Assembly (NCBI GenBank): GCA_963792585.1 | Contig: CAWBWI010000002.1 | Coordinates: forward strand, 128,001-192,000 | Length of the DNA: 64,000 nucleotides | Direction: 5' to 3' | Source of the DNA: Candidatus Eiseniibacteriota bacterium | Lineage (GTDB): Bacteria > Eisenbacteria > RBG-16-71-46 > CAIMUX01 > VGJL01 | Shown here: positions 25,653 through 35,688 of the stretch, piece by piece | How positions within the stretch are numbered: position 1 is the stretch's first letter | Layout: the number at the start of each line of letters is the position of its first letter | Notes under the pieces: generated by a model | What the model saw: the letters and a program-made list of their open reading frames with translations, nothing else | Told to the model about the DNA's origin: nothing | Databases searched by the model: none | Made by a program: the position numbers and the translations under genes

Positions 25653-27035
25653 TCACTCCCAGCAGTCGGAGAATCGAGAAAGGTCGTCTGCCGTCATCTG
25701 GTGCCACAATTGTCCGCCGCGTTCCACCGTAAACTGCGCCGAATCGAGGACGAAGTATCGCTGCTGCTCAGTCAATGACGTGATGACGAGATTGAAGGAC
25801 CCAGATTGCATAAGTGGCCATTCTACCCACAGGTCCTTCAGGTCACAGACGCTCGACCCAGCGCTAGTGAGCCCGGTGATGTCCAGAACCATCATGGCAT
25901 TCACCCTGAGCACTCCTGTGTTGAACTCTGCAGTGATAGACGGCGACTCTTGGTGCGCAGTGGTCGTCAGGTCTTTCGGCCACAGCAGCATTCGAATGCT
26001 CGGTGTTCGGGCAAGATGGACATCCAGATCTTTGCGAGAATCAGGAAGGCTTGTATAGAAGCGAAGCTCGACTCGAAACAGCTCGGAAGCAGCCTTTGCG
26101 AGTCTTTCAGCGTCCCCCTGCGGCCCGTGGGCGCGCCGAAGTGAGTGGTCGAAAGAATACTCCTTCGGATTATATGGCCAACCGTATTCGAACAAATAGA
26201 GAAAGGCCGAAGTTCTGGCGGGAAAGTAGATGCGATCAGCTCGCTGCACTTGCTCCTGCAGATCGTCGGATTCTTCCGGAGTTGAAGGGAAGTATGGATT
26301 GACTGGCGCACCGGACACAGGTGTAACGACAATGTTGTCCAGCGATTCGTTTTGAAACGCCGCGCGGGGATACTCCCAATCGACAGTCGAGTCGGGAAGG
26401 ATCGCGATCACGCCGCTTACACACTGCCTGCCGTTGGAAGGGAGTGCAGACGTGGCTGTCCACTCAGCCTGGAGGCTTTGAAATGAGTACTGGTGACCTA
26501 GGATGGCACTCGTTCGCCGTTTCATTACGTCGTGAAGCACCTTTACGTCTGCTGAGGCCGTCGCAATGCGGCGTGCTGTCGTCTCCGCAACCCCTCTGAG
26601 CTCGTCCGACTGTCGGCCCAATTGCTGTTGTGCTACAAACGTGGATTCCTGTGCCGAGCGGATGAGATCGCTCAGCTCGATTGCATCGCCAAGGCCGCGT
26701 TCGAGTTTCTCCAGAGCTGCCTGGGCGTCGGCTTGGCGCTCATCCCATGTGCGCCAGTGCTCTGCAGTTGCCCTGGCAGCCTTCTCCGCGTCTATTGCCG
26801 CCAGAAAACTCCAGACGGCGACTGCTGTCGCCAGGGTGACAGCCACGAGGAGACGAGCTGACTTGATGCGTAGTCGTCGAAACTGGACCGGCCTTAGATG
26901 CTCGCGGTCAAGGGACACATACAGGATCGAGAGAAGAAGCTGCAAGAAGATGAGACACCCGACGAGAAACATGCGGCATCCCCCGTGTGTTGGTCCAGCG
27001 TTAACCTGACTCCCATGGTTTTCGGCCATGCACAT
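25653..27035 (-). CDS. Hypothetical membrane-anchored coiled-coil protein
   Basis: 460-aa ORF with two TM helices, a coiled coil and a globular C-terminal domain. Confidence 0.65.
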   Translation of the reverse strand: MCMAENHGSQVNAGPTHGGCRMFLVGCLIFLQLLLSILYVSLDREHLRPVQFRRLRIKSARLLVAVTLATAVAVWSFLAAIDAEKAARATAEHWRTWDERQADAQAALEKLERGLGDAIELSDLIRSAQESTFVAQQQLGRQSDELRGVAETTARRIATASADVKVLHDVMKRRTSAILGHQYSFQSLQAEWTATSALPSNGRQCVSGVIAILPDSTVDWEYPRAAFQNESLDNIVVTPVSGAPVNPYFPSTPEESDDLQEQVQRADRIYFPARTSAFLYLFEYGWPYNPKEYSFDHSLRRAHGPQGDAERLAKAASELFRVELRFYTSLPDSRKDLDVHLARTPSIRMLLWPKDLTTTAHQESPSITAEFNTGVLRVNAMMVLDITGLTSAGSSVCDLKDLWVEWPLMQSGSFNLVITSLTEQQRYFVLDSAQFTVERGGQLWHQMTADDLSRFSDCWE

Positions 27036-27039
27036 GACG

Positions 27040-27375
27040 TGTGATCGTTCAGGCGCAGAGCTGGTCTTGGCGATGCGCCTCGCGCGCCGCTTCGAGCCGT
27101 CGATCGCGCTCGGCCCGGGTGGCCTGTTCCCGCCCCTCGAACCTATCCTCGGGGGTGACAGAGCCGATGGCGCTATGGAGCCGGACGTGATCGTAGTAGT
27201 AACTGTAGCGCTCGACCAGGTGTTCCGGCTTCTCTTTGGTGGCCGGGCGGTGGGGTTTGAATGGCCTCGGCCTTCAGGGGCTGATTCCAGCGCTCGATCT
27301 TGCCGTTGGTCTAGGGGTAATAGAGTGAGGTGCGGACGTGGGTCATCTCAGCCTCGCATATGAAGATCCTGAAGC
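27040..27375 (-). mobile_element. IS3-family transposase C-terminal remnant
   Basis: Minus strand reads YYDHVRLHSAIG.VTP. Degenerate. Confidence 0.65.
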
Positions 27376-27524
27376 TCTCCTCTACCCTCCGTCGCCGGAC
27401 CGTCGGCCTGGCCGGTCCATGCTTGGCCGCGGCAGCGAGGCTCCTCCGAAACATGGAACGTGGCGCCGTATGCGGCGGTCCGGTTGGCTATGAACGCCGG
27501 GGACGGGTGGGGACATCTCGATCT

Positions 27525-27689
27525 CCCCAGCGATCGAGCAGATCGCCGCCCACTGCGAGGCGTGCTCCCGCTCGTGCTCCAGAACCATCCGCACGGCCCG
27601 TTCCCGGACCTCCGGTGAGTACCTGCTTGGTCTTCCCATGACCCCATCCTCTCAAGGAATGGAGCCTCCGGCAATCCCGGGGCGGTTCA
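27525..27689 (-). mobile_element. IS3-family left end and truncated orfA
   Basis: TGAACCGCCCCG end, [19 protein letters not shown]. Near-identical to about 51410-51574. Confidence 0.9.
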
Positions 27690-27852
27690 CCTTGAGGATT
27701 CGTGCGCTTATAGACTCGGCTCCGTGGCAAGGCTCGGAGATACGGGACTGAAAGATAAGGCGCCTGGATGGATTTCACCAATAGTCGGCATTCGGCAACC
27801 ACTCCACTTATCTCTTCTGCTCACTCCTCTGCTGCATGCCTGAAGAGGGAGG

Positions 27853-28938
27853 TCAATGGTCAGGGATTCGAGAACGTGGCTGCAGCCCCGAAGCGGATGT
27901 GCCGTCAAGACCGGCAACGAGTTCAGACTCGAACAGCGAGCCGTGGACATAAAGGTGGGTCAATCGCAGGGAGAGGGGTCCCCCGCAACGCGAGCAATGG
28001 GTTTCCGTTCCGCGCACATAGGTTTTGCACTTCGGGCTTCGGCATTTTCGAAAGGAGATGGTGGTATAAGCCGGCGGCCAGATCAACCGGACATTGTCGA
28101 CTATGTACGACCGGCTTCCGGGAGCGGTCCGCCCGCAGGATCTGCAAGAACCAACAGTGTCGTACTCGGTTCTCGTCGAGCAGCCGGCACACTCACGGTA
28201 GGCGACGCGGGCGATCGAGAGCAGACCATCGTCCTCCAGGACGGGGTAGAGGATGCCGTTGCGAAACCGGTTTACCTGGAGATTCCCCTTGATCGTGCCA
28301 AAACCGTCGATAGCCCGGAGTAGCCACCCATAGAGGCTTCCCATCATTGGGTTCCAGTTATGGATCGACTGAAGTTGGTGATAGACGCGGGTCGACGTGG
28401 GGCGTATCCCCACGAACACCCCCACGGCGTAGTCGCTCAACATCTCGACATCGAGGTGGCTCGGTAGCCGGAACCCGTGAACATCCGTGGCAAGTCGCCG
28501 GCACACCCTGCGAACATGCCTGTTGGCAAGGTTGACCAACTCCCGTACCGCACCCGACCAGTGTCGATTGTCCCATGGGGGTTGGTCGACGTTTTGGACA
28601 TTTCGCCTCCAACCGCATCCATATGCCAGGACGATCTGGGTCTCCAACTCATCCGGTTTCAATGGGGTGGAACGGGTCGCGTTGAGGATCCGCTCGACCC
28701 GGTTGTCCAGTTCGTGATGGAGAATTCGAGGAGGCGGGCCCCCTCCGATCGGCTTCAGTAGTGACATGAGTGCGGCCACCCTGAGGGAGGGGGGCGGAAT
28801 TTCAGGAAACTGCTTCGAGAGCACGGGATGGACGAAGCGGGTCGCGTGGGCGTGAAGTTCCCCGTTCCCTCGGGGATTCTCACGCAGGATCATGTCGACG
28901 GCGGCGTTGATTTCGAGACACTGCGATTGGGTGAGCAT
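27853..28938 (-). CDS. Hypothetical protein with C-terminal double zinc ribbon
   Basis: CAGC, CRSC, CRSPKC, CSRC. Start ATG 28938 preferred. Confidence 0.6.
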   Translation of the reverse strand: MLTQSQCLEINAAVDMILRENPRGNGELHAHATRFVHPVLSKQFPEIPPPSLRVAALMSLLKPIGGGPPPRILHHELDNRVERILNATRSTPLKPDELETQIVLAYGCGWRRNVQNVDQPPWDNRHWSGAVRELVNLANRHVRRVCRRLATDVHGFRLPSHLDVEMLSDYAVGVFVGIRPTSTRVYHQLQSIHNWNPMMGSLYGWLLRAIDGFGTIKGNLQVNRFRNGILYPVLEDDGLLSIARVAYRECAGCSTRTEYDTVGSCRSCGRTAPGSRSYIVDNVRLIWPPAYTTISFRKCRSPKCKTYVRGTETHCSRCGGPLSLRLTHLYVHGSLFESELVAGLDGTSASGLQPRSRIPDH

Positions 28939-29219
28939 TGGATTCAGCTCGGGCCGGCAGTTCACTGGTCCACTCCCCAAGGGTCTCTCAGCTTCTCGGC
29001 TTGGCCCCACAGCGACCTCAGCAGGTTGAGTGAGGTTTCCGTGGGCACTTCGACACCGTCTTGCCGAAGCACCATTTGGACTCATAGCCAACGGAGAGTC
29101 GAGTGGTGGGTTCGCTCGAGCTGGCGCTTGGTTCCTGCCCATCGCATTCGGCGTGTTCACAGGAGCCCAGCTTCGAAAGGACCGGAAGAGGATGGTCCCT
29201 TTGGTTTCGTTCTCCCCAC

Positions 29220-29420
29220 CTAGAATAGCCCCTTCCAGGCCATGACCATCAAACCCAGGAGAAGGTATGTGCCGATGATAGTGACCATGGCTATCCGCTG
29301 GGCCGAGTTTATCGCGCGAGGCGGCTTGATTCCCGAGACCAAAATGGTGACAATCAGCGCGACAGAGAAAAGAATGACGGTGAGCAGGTTGGTGAGAATT
29401 AGCGAGAAGAACCCGAACAT
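29220..29420 (-). CDS. Small 2-TM membrane protein
   Basis: AAGGAGG RBS and two hydrophobic helices. Confidence 0.55.
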   Translation of the reverse strand: MFGFFSLILTNLLTVILFSVALIVTILVSGIKPPRAINSAQRIAMVTIIGTYLLLGLMVMAWKGLF

Positions 29421-30127
29421 GAGAGCGTCCTCCTTGTCGGTTTCCCAGGGTTCCATTCTGGGGGACCCGAGCGCGGAAGACGTTGGCGAGGAGTCGGGTC
29501 CCACGGAGCGCATCGCGACGTAAATGATACAGCATCATTCGTGGTTTTGGAACGAGAATACTATCGATAGCCAGTTGAGCGGATGCTTTGGCGGTTGGTG
29601 GTCATGTGATGTGCTAGCACCAAACCACAACATGAACCCAGTGCTGCCTGTGAGTGGAGCTTCTGGCGCTTTAGCAACTGCGGCAGTTGGAAATCTCAGC
29701 GAATGCCAACTGCTGGGCATTGTTCAGACTCAACCAGTTTCAGACGTTCGGGACACTAGGATAGAATCGATGGCTAGCTATTCAAGTGCAGCAACCCTTC
29801 GGTACAGCCAATCGTCTTGGGTATTCGAGAATCTTGAGGGTCTTCGCGATTAGCTGAGTTTGATGGTCACCTGAAGTCACTATAAACATAGTGAGGGGTG
29901 CATCCGGTCCCACGGAGCGTATCGCAACAATCCCAAGACTGGATGAACCCCCCTTCAATTTGCTGCTTCGGTGTGCATTGAACATGGATCCGTCCATTTT
30001 GGTAGTTGGGGCTTTGAGAATCATAAACACGTCAATTTCAGCGCATTTGCTGCGTGCTCTCACTCTTTAGCAGTACAGATGACCAGTTGGTGATCCTCTT
30101 CCCACAGGGAGAGGGCGCCGAACCTGG

Positions 30128-30528
30128 TCATCCGGGTGCTCCGAACAGCCGGTCCCAGTAGACCGCCTTGACGTAGGTCCCTCGGCGGTTGGCGAAGACA
30201 TAGAGCGTTCCCGACAGCGGGTCCTCGGACAGGACGTTCTTCACAAAGCCCAGGAGGCCTTCCAAGGACTTCCTCATGTCGACGGGCTGGCGATAGGCGA
30301 GGATCTTCGAAACCTCTCGCGCCAGGACCACGCATCAACCCTGGAATCGGAGCTGGACGCCGTTGGAGAGCGTGATCTCCAGCGTCCACGACGGTGTCCC
30401 GATCATCGATGGCGCTTCTGGCGTCACGGGTACGAATTGCGCCTGCGCCGACCCAACACCGAGTCTTTCCTGCCAGCGCTGAAAGCTCGTGGGCCGCAGG
30501 TCCTCTTTCTTGCAGAACTCCACGGGAC
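30128..30528 (-). mobile_element. IS66 remnant (tnpA fragment and truncated tnpB)
   Basis: PVDMRKSLEGL...DPLSGTLYVFANRR (TnpB); SPVEFCKKE...LEITLSNGVQLR (TnpA). Confidence 0.85.
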
Positions 30529-30650
30529 TGGGTATTCCGGACCATTTCGAACGCCGATTCCGGGCGAAGCCGAACACCGATTCCGGAGCAAGGTGAACAG
30601 CGATTCCGGGCATCCCGAACGCTGATTCGGCCATTCCGAACACCCATTGA
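30529..30650 (+). repeat. IS21-type terminal repeats
   Basis: GAAC-N3-GATTC units at about 22-24 bp period after TGGGTATTCCG. Confidence 0.7.
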
Positions 30651-30654
30651 TAGC

Positions 30655-30840
30655 GCTCGCCAACTCGGGATCCTCCTGTCCAAGTCTGACGCGCCGCAGG
30701 AACTGCAGCAGGACACAGATATAGGTCGAGAAATAGGTCCGCGCTACTCGATCGCAGGCTGGTCTCGCTCGTCCGGTCGGCAAACAGATCCAGCTGTTGC
30801 TCCTTGATCCGGTTCTCCATCTCTTCGAGGGCGCATGAGA
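30655..30840 (-). pseudogene. IS1380 transposase remnant
   Basis: MENRIKEQQLDLFADRTS, the same as in 46911-48314. Confidence 0.85.
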
Positions 30841-31034
30841 TGTCTTTTGAGGGAGCGGACTCGAGGGGTCACCAACATGCCCACGACGCATGCCCGGTTG
30901 TGTCGGGCAGGGCTTACCCGCTACTTTTCCATGTGGACGGAGCTACTAGGAGAGCCGCCAGGGAAGTAGTGATGGCTCCTTTCGCCTTGCGATTGAGCGA
31001 GATTTCCTGACCCGGACACGAGTGGAGGGGATCG

Positions 31035-31775
31035 GTGGGGACAATCGAAGAACGCTCGCCTTCGACGTGGCAAGAATTGCAGGTGGACGTCGCGCGGATC
31101 ATGCGAGAAGCCGGATTCGAGACTCAGGTTGAGTCCAGCGTACACACGGCGCGCGGTAGGGCTACCATCGATGTAGTCGCCGTTGACCGCGACGGAGCAC
31201 CTGTCACGACTTTCTTCTTCGAATGCAAGCACTGGCGACGCCGAGTGCCTAGATCGGTAGTCCGCAGTTTCCGAGTCGTGGTCGAGGACTATGGTGCGAA
31301 CGGCGGATGGATCATCGCACTCTCCGGGAGTCAGCGTGGAGCACGTGAAGCCACGAACTGCACGAGTATCAAGTGCCTGACCTACGAGGAGTTCCAGGAT
31401 CTCTTCGCAGTCCGCTGGTACCGTCGCTACTTCGTGCCCCAGCTGGAGGCTGCTCACGATCACATCGCTGCCCTGTCATTCGGGATTTCTGAGCGACCAG
31501 TCGCCGCAGCCCCCGATGGGCTAATGCCCTTGGATAATCGTTACCGCGGACTGGAATTGGTACGGGTGGAATGCTCGCGGGAGCCCGGGGCCGGTGACGA
31601 CAGCACGATCTCAAACTGCCGGGAGAGATTAGCCAACCTTCCGCTGGACGAGAAGAGCCAGCGGCTCTTCCGGGACGCACCTTTGCGGACTATCCTGAGA
31701 TTACTACTGCAAACAGCCGATCTTGCCGAAGCCGAGTATCAATCAATCTATCGTGGGCGGCCGAGGTCGGAGTGA
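31035..31775 (+). CDS. Mrr-like (PD-(D/E)xK) restriction endonuclease
   Basis: WQELQ..VARI, IDVVA, FECKHW, GANGGWII. Confidence 0.85.
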   Translation: MGTIEERSPSTWQELQVDVARIMREAGFETQVESSVHTARGRATIDVVAVDRDGAPVTTFFFECKHWRRRVPRSVVRSFRVVVEDYGANGGWIIALSGSQRGAREATNCTSIKCLTYEEFQDLFAVRWYRRYFVPQLEAAHDHIAALSFGISERPVAAAPDGLMPLDNRYRGLELVRVECSREPGAGDDSTISNCRERLANLPLDEKSQRLFRDAPLRTILRLLLQTADLAEAEYQSIYRGRPRSE

Positions 31776-31862
31776 TCTGCGAGCAGACCGTGACTGGGCC
31801 ACGGAGGAACGGCGTGTCCATAGATCGCGTCTTCGACGATCTCAAACGATTGCTTGGTAGGA

Positions 31863-32500
31863 TGGCTGGTTATGAACGCCGGGACCCGGTGGTCGCCCCG
31901 CTATCTGATCGCGGGCAGGATCGATTGCTCGCCCGAAGCCCACCGCACCCTTGTGCGACAGCCGTTAGTGGCCGACCTGCGACCCCCCCGGCTCCTCGAC
32001 CTTCAGCTTCACCCGTAGCCCAGACTTTGTAGCACAGGCAACCACGAGATGCCGGATTGCCTCGATCGAACGCCCCTGCCTCCCAATCACCATGCCGATC
32101 TCGCCGGGTGCGACCCGGATGGCCAGGTGAATGAATCCGTCGTCGGCCGGTTCGGCTGCGACCTTGACGGCCTCTGGCTGGTCGACGAGCATCCGAACCA
32201 ATCGGCGTGTGAATTCCCGGATCTCGGTATGCACGGAGCGCGCCCTCCAGCATGGCCACGAGCAGCCAGCCCCTTCGGTTCGCCGTCGCCGGATCTGAGT
32301 CGCTCCTGCGAAGCGCATTCTCTTGGACTATGTGACATGGATAGGCAGCCCTTGGATGCTCTGCTCCACCCATCTCCGTCGAGGAATCCGTCACGGCATC
32401 GGAGACGAATTGTCCGTCAATAGCTGATTTCTGTCAACGACTCTATGTGGCGGATCCAGGGGCTCCTCTGCTCAGAGTCACGCCACGACTGGCTGCGCCG
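31863..32500. repeat. khpA-bearing repeat unit, second full copy
   Basis: Direct repeat of 20448-21085 with small indels. Confidence 0.85.
31965..32234 (-). CDS. khpA: KhpA-like KH-domain protein, copy 2
   Basis: GEIGMVIGRQGRSIEAIR. Near-identical to copy 1. Confidence 0.85.
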   Translation of the reverse strand: MHTEIREFTRRLVRMLVDQPEAVKVAAEPADDGFIHLAIRVAPGEIGMVIGRQGRSIEAIRHLVVACATKSGLRVKLKVEEPGGSQVGH

Positions 32501-32869
32501 TCATGGGTGGGATGTTCGACGTTGTCACGGAGACGGTGACGCCTGCCACTTTGACGCCAGCGAGCGCGGGCCTAAATCGCGGGCGGGGTCGTGGCTGGGT
32601 GGTCGGCAAGCCAGCACCGCAGACACGCGCGGAACCGCTTGTCCATGCTCGATTCTCTGAGACCGGGGGACGCCGTTCCGGCCCCCCAGCTGAAGACGGT
32701 GCCCCCGACGCCCTCGTGAGACGACCTCGCGCTGGCCGAGTTTGCGGCCCGCCGGACGCTGCCTCCAGGTACCGTCGCCTATTCACCGAACTTCTCGGTG
32801 CGAACCTCACGTCGGCGCTCCGGTGGGAACTCCGCTCCATAGTACGCGCCGTGCACAACGTGGGACCGT

Positions 32870-34066
32870 TCAGCGTTCGTTGAGGGTCAGGCAGTGGACA
32901 TAACCGCCATTGACCTTGTCGTTGTCGTACACCTCAACTATCGGGTGGGCTTTGTTTAGGAGGTCGTGGCCACACAGGACAGCGACGGGGAGAGGCACGG
33001 CGGGGAATAGATGAATCCGCGTGGCGAGTGGATGATCCCGTTCGAATCGGGAGAACGCTCCCAGGTAGGCGCGTCGAAAGGCCATGAGGTCGGCATATGT
33101 GTTGAGGAGAAGCAGATTCGGGTCGCACCCTTGCGGGGCGAGTTCATAGAGGAAGTACGAATCGTCGATATCCGACGGGAACAGCTCCGGCCGGACCGTG
33201 CCGCTGATGGACAGCAGCAATGCAACCCGGGTGGGATCGGTGCCGACGCGCCGGAGGTTGAGGCAGAAGTCGACCGGCGGTCCCGACTCCTTCCAGGTCC
33301 ACTGTTTGGTGTCGCGGTGGAATTGGAAGAACTGGACGGCGAGCTTGTCGCTGATACGAGAACCCAGGTACATGAGCAAAGAGATGGGACCGAAGGCGAA
33401 GACGGAGATATGACGTGCCGGTTGGCCCAGCAGCCGGCGCGCGTGCAGCGGACGGAGCACGTCGTCCACCTTGCGGATCGCCATGTCGAGGAAGTGGGGG
33501 TCGCGATCGTCGTATTCGGACAGGTCGATCATGAAGCCGTGATGGTCCTCCGGGAAGTATGGGGACGCAGCCGCGAACACGTCCGGAGGTGGGATGTTCA
33601 CGGCCTTGCCGCCGATTTGGGCTCGCAGCTGAACGATCGTCGTCTTGCGATTGGGGCTCGCTGACAGGACGATCTCGACCCTCTTTTCATGCTCGGCTTT
33701 GTGCTGCTCAAGGAGCGCCCGCGGGTAGCGGGTGGGATGGTCGTCGATCTCCTTGTGGCAGGTCGGACAGAGCAACATGAGATTCGGAAGGGCGTTGACG
33801 TCCTTTGGACGCAGGCCGTCGCTCCCTCTGGGTCCGTTTTCCGAGAATGCCACGATGTGGGCCTTTTCTCCGTAATTTCCGATCGTGAGGGTCAGCGGGT
33901 TCTCGAGCAGAGACTTGTTGCAGCCATCGAACTGGCACCGGCCACCGGCACGCACGTACAGCACGAGCTCTACGAGGCGGTCGATCGCCCGGATCTGCTT
34001 CACCGGAGAAGGCACAGTTGATTTGAGTTTCTTGGGATCAGAACGTGTGGTCATGGGGATCCTCAT
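32870..34066 (-). CDS. cap5: CBASS effector, HNH-SAVED (Cap5-like)
   Basis: AGGRCQFDGC, AHIVA..GPR, NLMLLCPTCHKEID; SAVED motifs HISVFAFGPI and IHLFPAVP. Confidence 0.92.
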   Translation of the reverse strand: MRIPMTTRSDPKKLKSTVPSPVKQIRAIDRLVELVLYVRAGGRCQFDGCNKSLLENPLTLTIGNYGEKAHIVAFSENGPRGSDGLRPKDVNALPNLMLLCPTCHKEIDDHPTRYPRALLEQHKAEHEKRVEIVLSASPNRKTTIVQLRAQIGGKAVNIPPPDVFAAASPYFPEDHHGFMIDLSEYDDRDPHFLDMAIRKVDDVLRPLHARRLLGQPARHISVFAFGPISLLMYLGSRISDKLAVQFFQFHRDTKQWTWKESGPPVDFCLNLRRVGTDPTRVALLLSISGTVRPELFPSDIDDSYFLYELAPQGCDPNLLLLNTYADLMAFRRAYLGAFSRFERDHPLATRIHLFPAVPLPVAVLCGHDLLNKAHPIVEVYDNDKVNGGYVHCLTLNER

Positions 34067-34475
34067 TGGTGGTTGTGGGTTCAGGGTGCACGCCGCCGCC
34101 GAGCCATTCGCCAGTGGCGTGCCAGAGTTCGTAGTAATAGAGCCAGGTCACGGTCCAGGGCACCGTGGTGTGGGCGATCGGATCTTGGCGGGACCATTCG
34201 CCCCAGAAGTAAAGGCAGAGGGAGCCGTCCCGGAACCGGTGCGGAATGTGCTTCTCGTTTCGTTCTTGCAGTGGCGGGTCAAGCACAAAGACCTTGGGGG
34301 AGGAGTTGAGATCGAGACGGATCTCAACGGCGTAGACCGCTCCCAACGGCGTTGCCTGAAGGCGGCCGCGCCAGACGAACCTGCTTCCCCGGCGGATCAG
34401 CCGAAACTGCGGGTGCACCCACAGAAGCGCGGCCGACTGCTGGGAGGCATTCAGCGTTCTACTGCGTGGGTGCAT
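34038..34475 (-). CDS. Stand-alone prokaryotic E2 of a short type II CBASS
   Basis: WRGRLQATP, PKVFV, PHRFRDGSLCLY (catalytic Cys), PW...WL..YE.W...G.WLGG. Confidence 0.85.
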   Translation of the reverse strand: MHPRSRTLNASQQSAALLWVHPQFRLIRRGSRFVWRGRLQATPLGAVYAVEIRLDLNSSPKVFVLDPPLQERNEKHIPHRFRDGSLCLYFWGEWSRQDPIAHTTVPWTVTWLYYYELWHATGEWLGGGVHPEPTTTNEDPHDHTF

Positions 34476-35616
34476 CGCCGAAGAATGTGTTTCGCGGAAC
34501 CGGCGCGCTGCGGATGGCCGCCGTAGTCAGCAGACCCGAGCCGAGGGTTGAGCGAAGGATTCCCTGTTCCCGGGCCGCCGTGATCCGTTCGGACTGGTGG
34601 CGGAAGGCCCGCTTCGTCTCCTCCCCGAAGAGTTCATCGAGGATGCCGGCAAGCGTCGGGATCGGGGCCTTTAGGGCTTCGGCCCATCGTGCCTGCAAGC
34701 GCCCAAGCTGGGCGACGAAGCCGTGGTAGGAGGCGGGATCGTCGCGCCATTTCTCGCTCAGGAGTTCCCCCTCGTTGGCCGGGTTGTAAACCGGGAGGGG
34801 CTCGATGCGTCCCGCGGTCATCCCCAGCATCCGATCGATCACGGCGGTCAGCGATTGGCTGGTCGATGGCTCACCCGCGTAGGCGTGGGCGGCCAGCGTC
34901 GTGAGAACAATCGACCGCGGAGCGCGCTCGACGTCGTCGTGATAGACCAAGTCACGCCACCGCTTGAGGAGCTGGACCGTCCGCTGGAGGGACGACTTCT
35001 CGGAAGCCGGTTGCTGTCCCGGGACCGGTTCGGCCTTACGGGCCAGGGTGACTATGGCGAGCGATCCGCGCGCTTCGAACCAGGCCGCGTAACCCTTTGG
35101 ATTGCTTGGCATCCAGCACTGGAGTTTACGGTCCGGTACGCGGATTCTGGTCCCGTTCTGAGGCGTCTCCGGGCGGGCCGGCAAGACATCGAGGTGGAAC
35201 TGCGAGGCGTAGACCAGACGGACGCAGCGCCTGAGGCGCTTCAGCATGGGTCGATAGGTTTCGTGCGCGGCGAGACGATGTTCGATGGCGTCAAGAACCT
35301 GAAGCGGGTCGTGTTCCTGCGGTCCGAGAGCTAATTCGCACACGAGATCAAGATCAAATTCCTCGCGGCCGATCGGCCGTACCGTCGTCCCGATTCGGAA
35401 TGAACCCTGCGGGTAGAGAGCCGGCCGAAACTGGCGGAGAGGGCTGCCCTCCGATTCGAGCCAGTCGCAGACTGCGTGATATCGCCGTTCGGCGGTATCG
35501 TGCCAGGAGGGGGGCAGCTGCAGCTCCTCGCAGATTAGGGCGAGAAGATCATCGAGCTGGGCCTCGCGGGAGTCGAACAGCCCGGGCTCCGGTGGGTGTT
35601 GAATGAGATTGGTCAT
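34459..35616 (-). CDS. CD-NTase (cGAS/DncV-like cyclase)
   Basis: YPQGSFRIGTTVRP..EFDLDLV, FHLDVLP, SNPKGYA.WF, LLKRWRD, C-terminal NTFFG-DAPTQ. Confidence 0.95.
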   Translation of the reverse strand: MTNLIQHPPEPGLFDSREAQLDDLLALICEELQLPPSWHDTAERRYHAVCDWLESEGSPLRQFRPALYPQGSFRIGTTVRPIGREEFDLDLVCELALGPQEHDPLQVLDAIEHRLAAHETYRPMLKRLRRCVRLVYASQFHLDVLPARPETPQNGTRIRVPDRKLQCWMPSNPKGYAAWFEARGSLAIVTLARKAEPVPGQQPASEKSSLQRTVQLLKRWRDLVYHDDVERAPRSIVLTTLAAHAYAGEPSTSQSLTAVIDRMLGMTAGRIEPLPVYNPANEGELLSEKWRDDPASYHGFVAQLGRLQARWAEALKAPIPTLAGILDELFGEETKRAFRHQSERITAAREQGILRSTLGSGLLTTAAIRSAPVPRNTFFGDAPTQ

Positions 35617-35641
35617 GGTGTCCTTTCGTGTTCATGGATAT

Positions 35642-35670
35642 AAGCTACTTTGAGCGAACGGACAGGGCAA
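35642..35670 (-). promoter_or_regulatory. Putative sigma70 promoter of the CBASS core
   Basis: TTGCCC-17 bp-TAGCTT upstream of the AAAGGA RBS. Confidence 0.5.
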
Positions 35671-35688
35671 AAAAGATGTCGGTTGGGC

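Noticed and set aside
30529..30650. Periodic repeats resembling a mini-CRISPR or guide array
   Set aside because: About 22-24 bp period with very short spacers, matching IS21-type terminal repeats; no cas genes.
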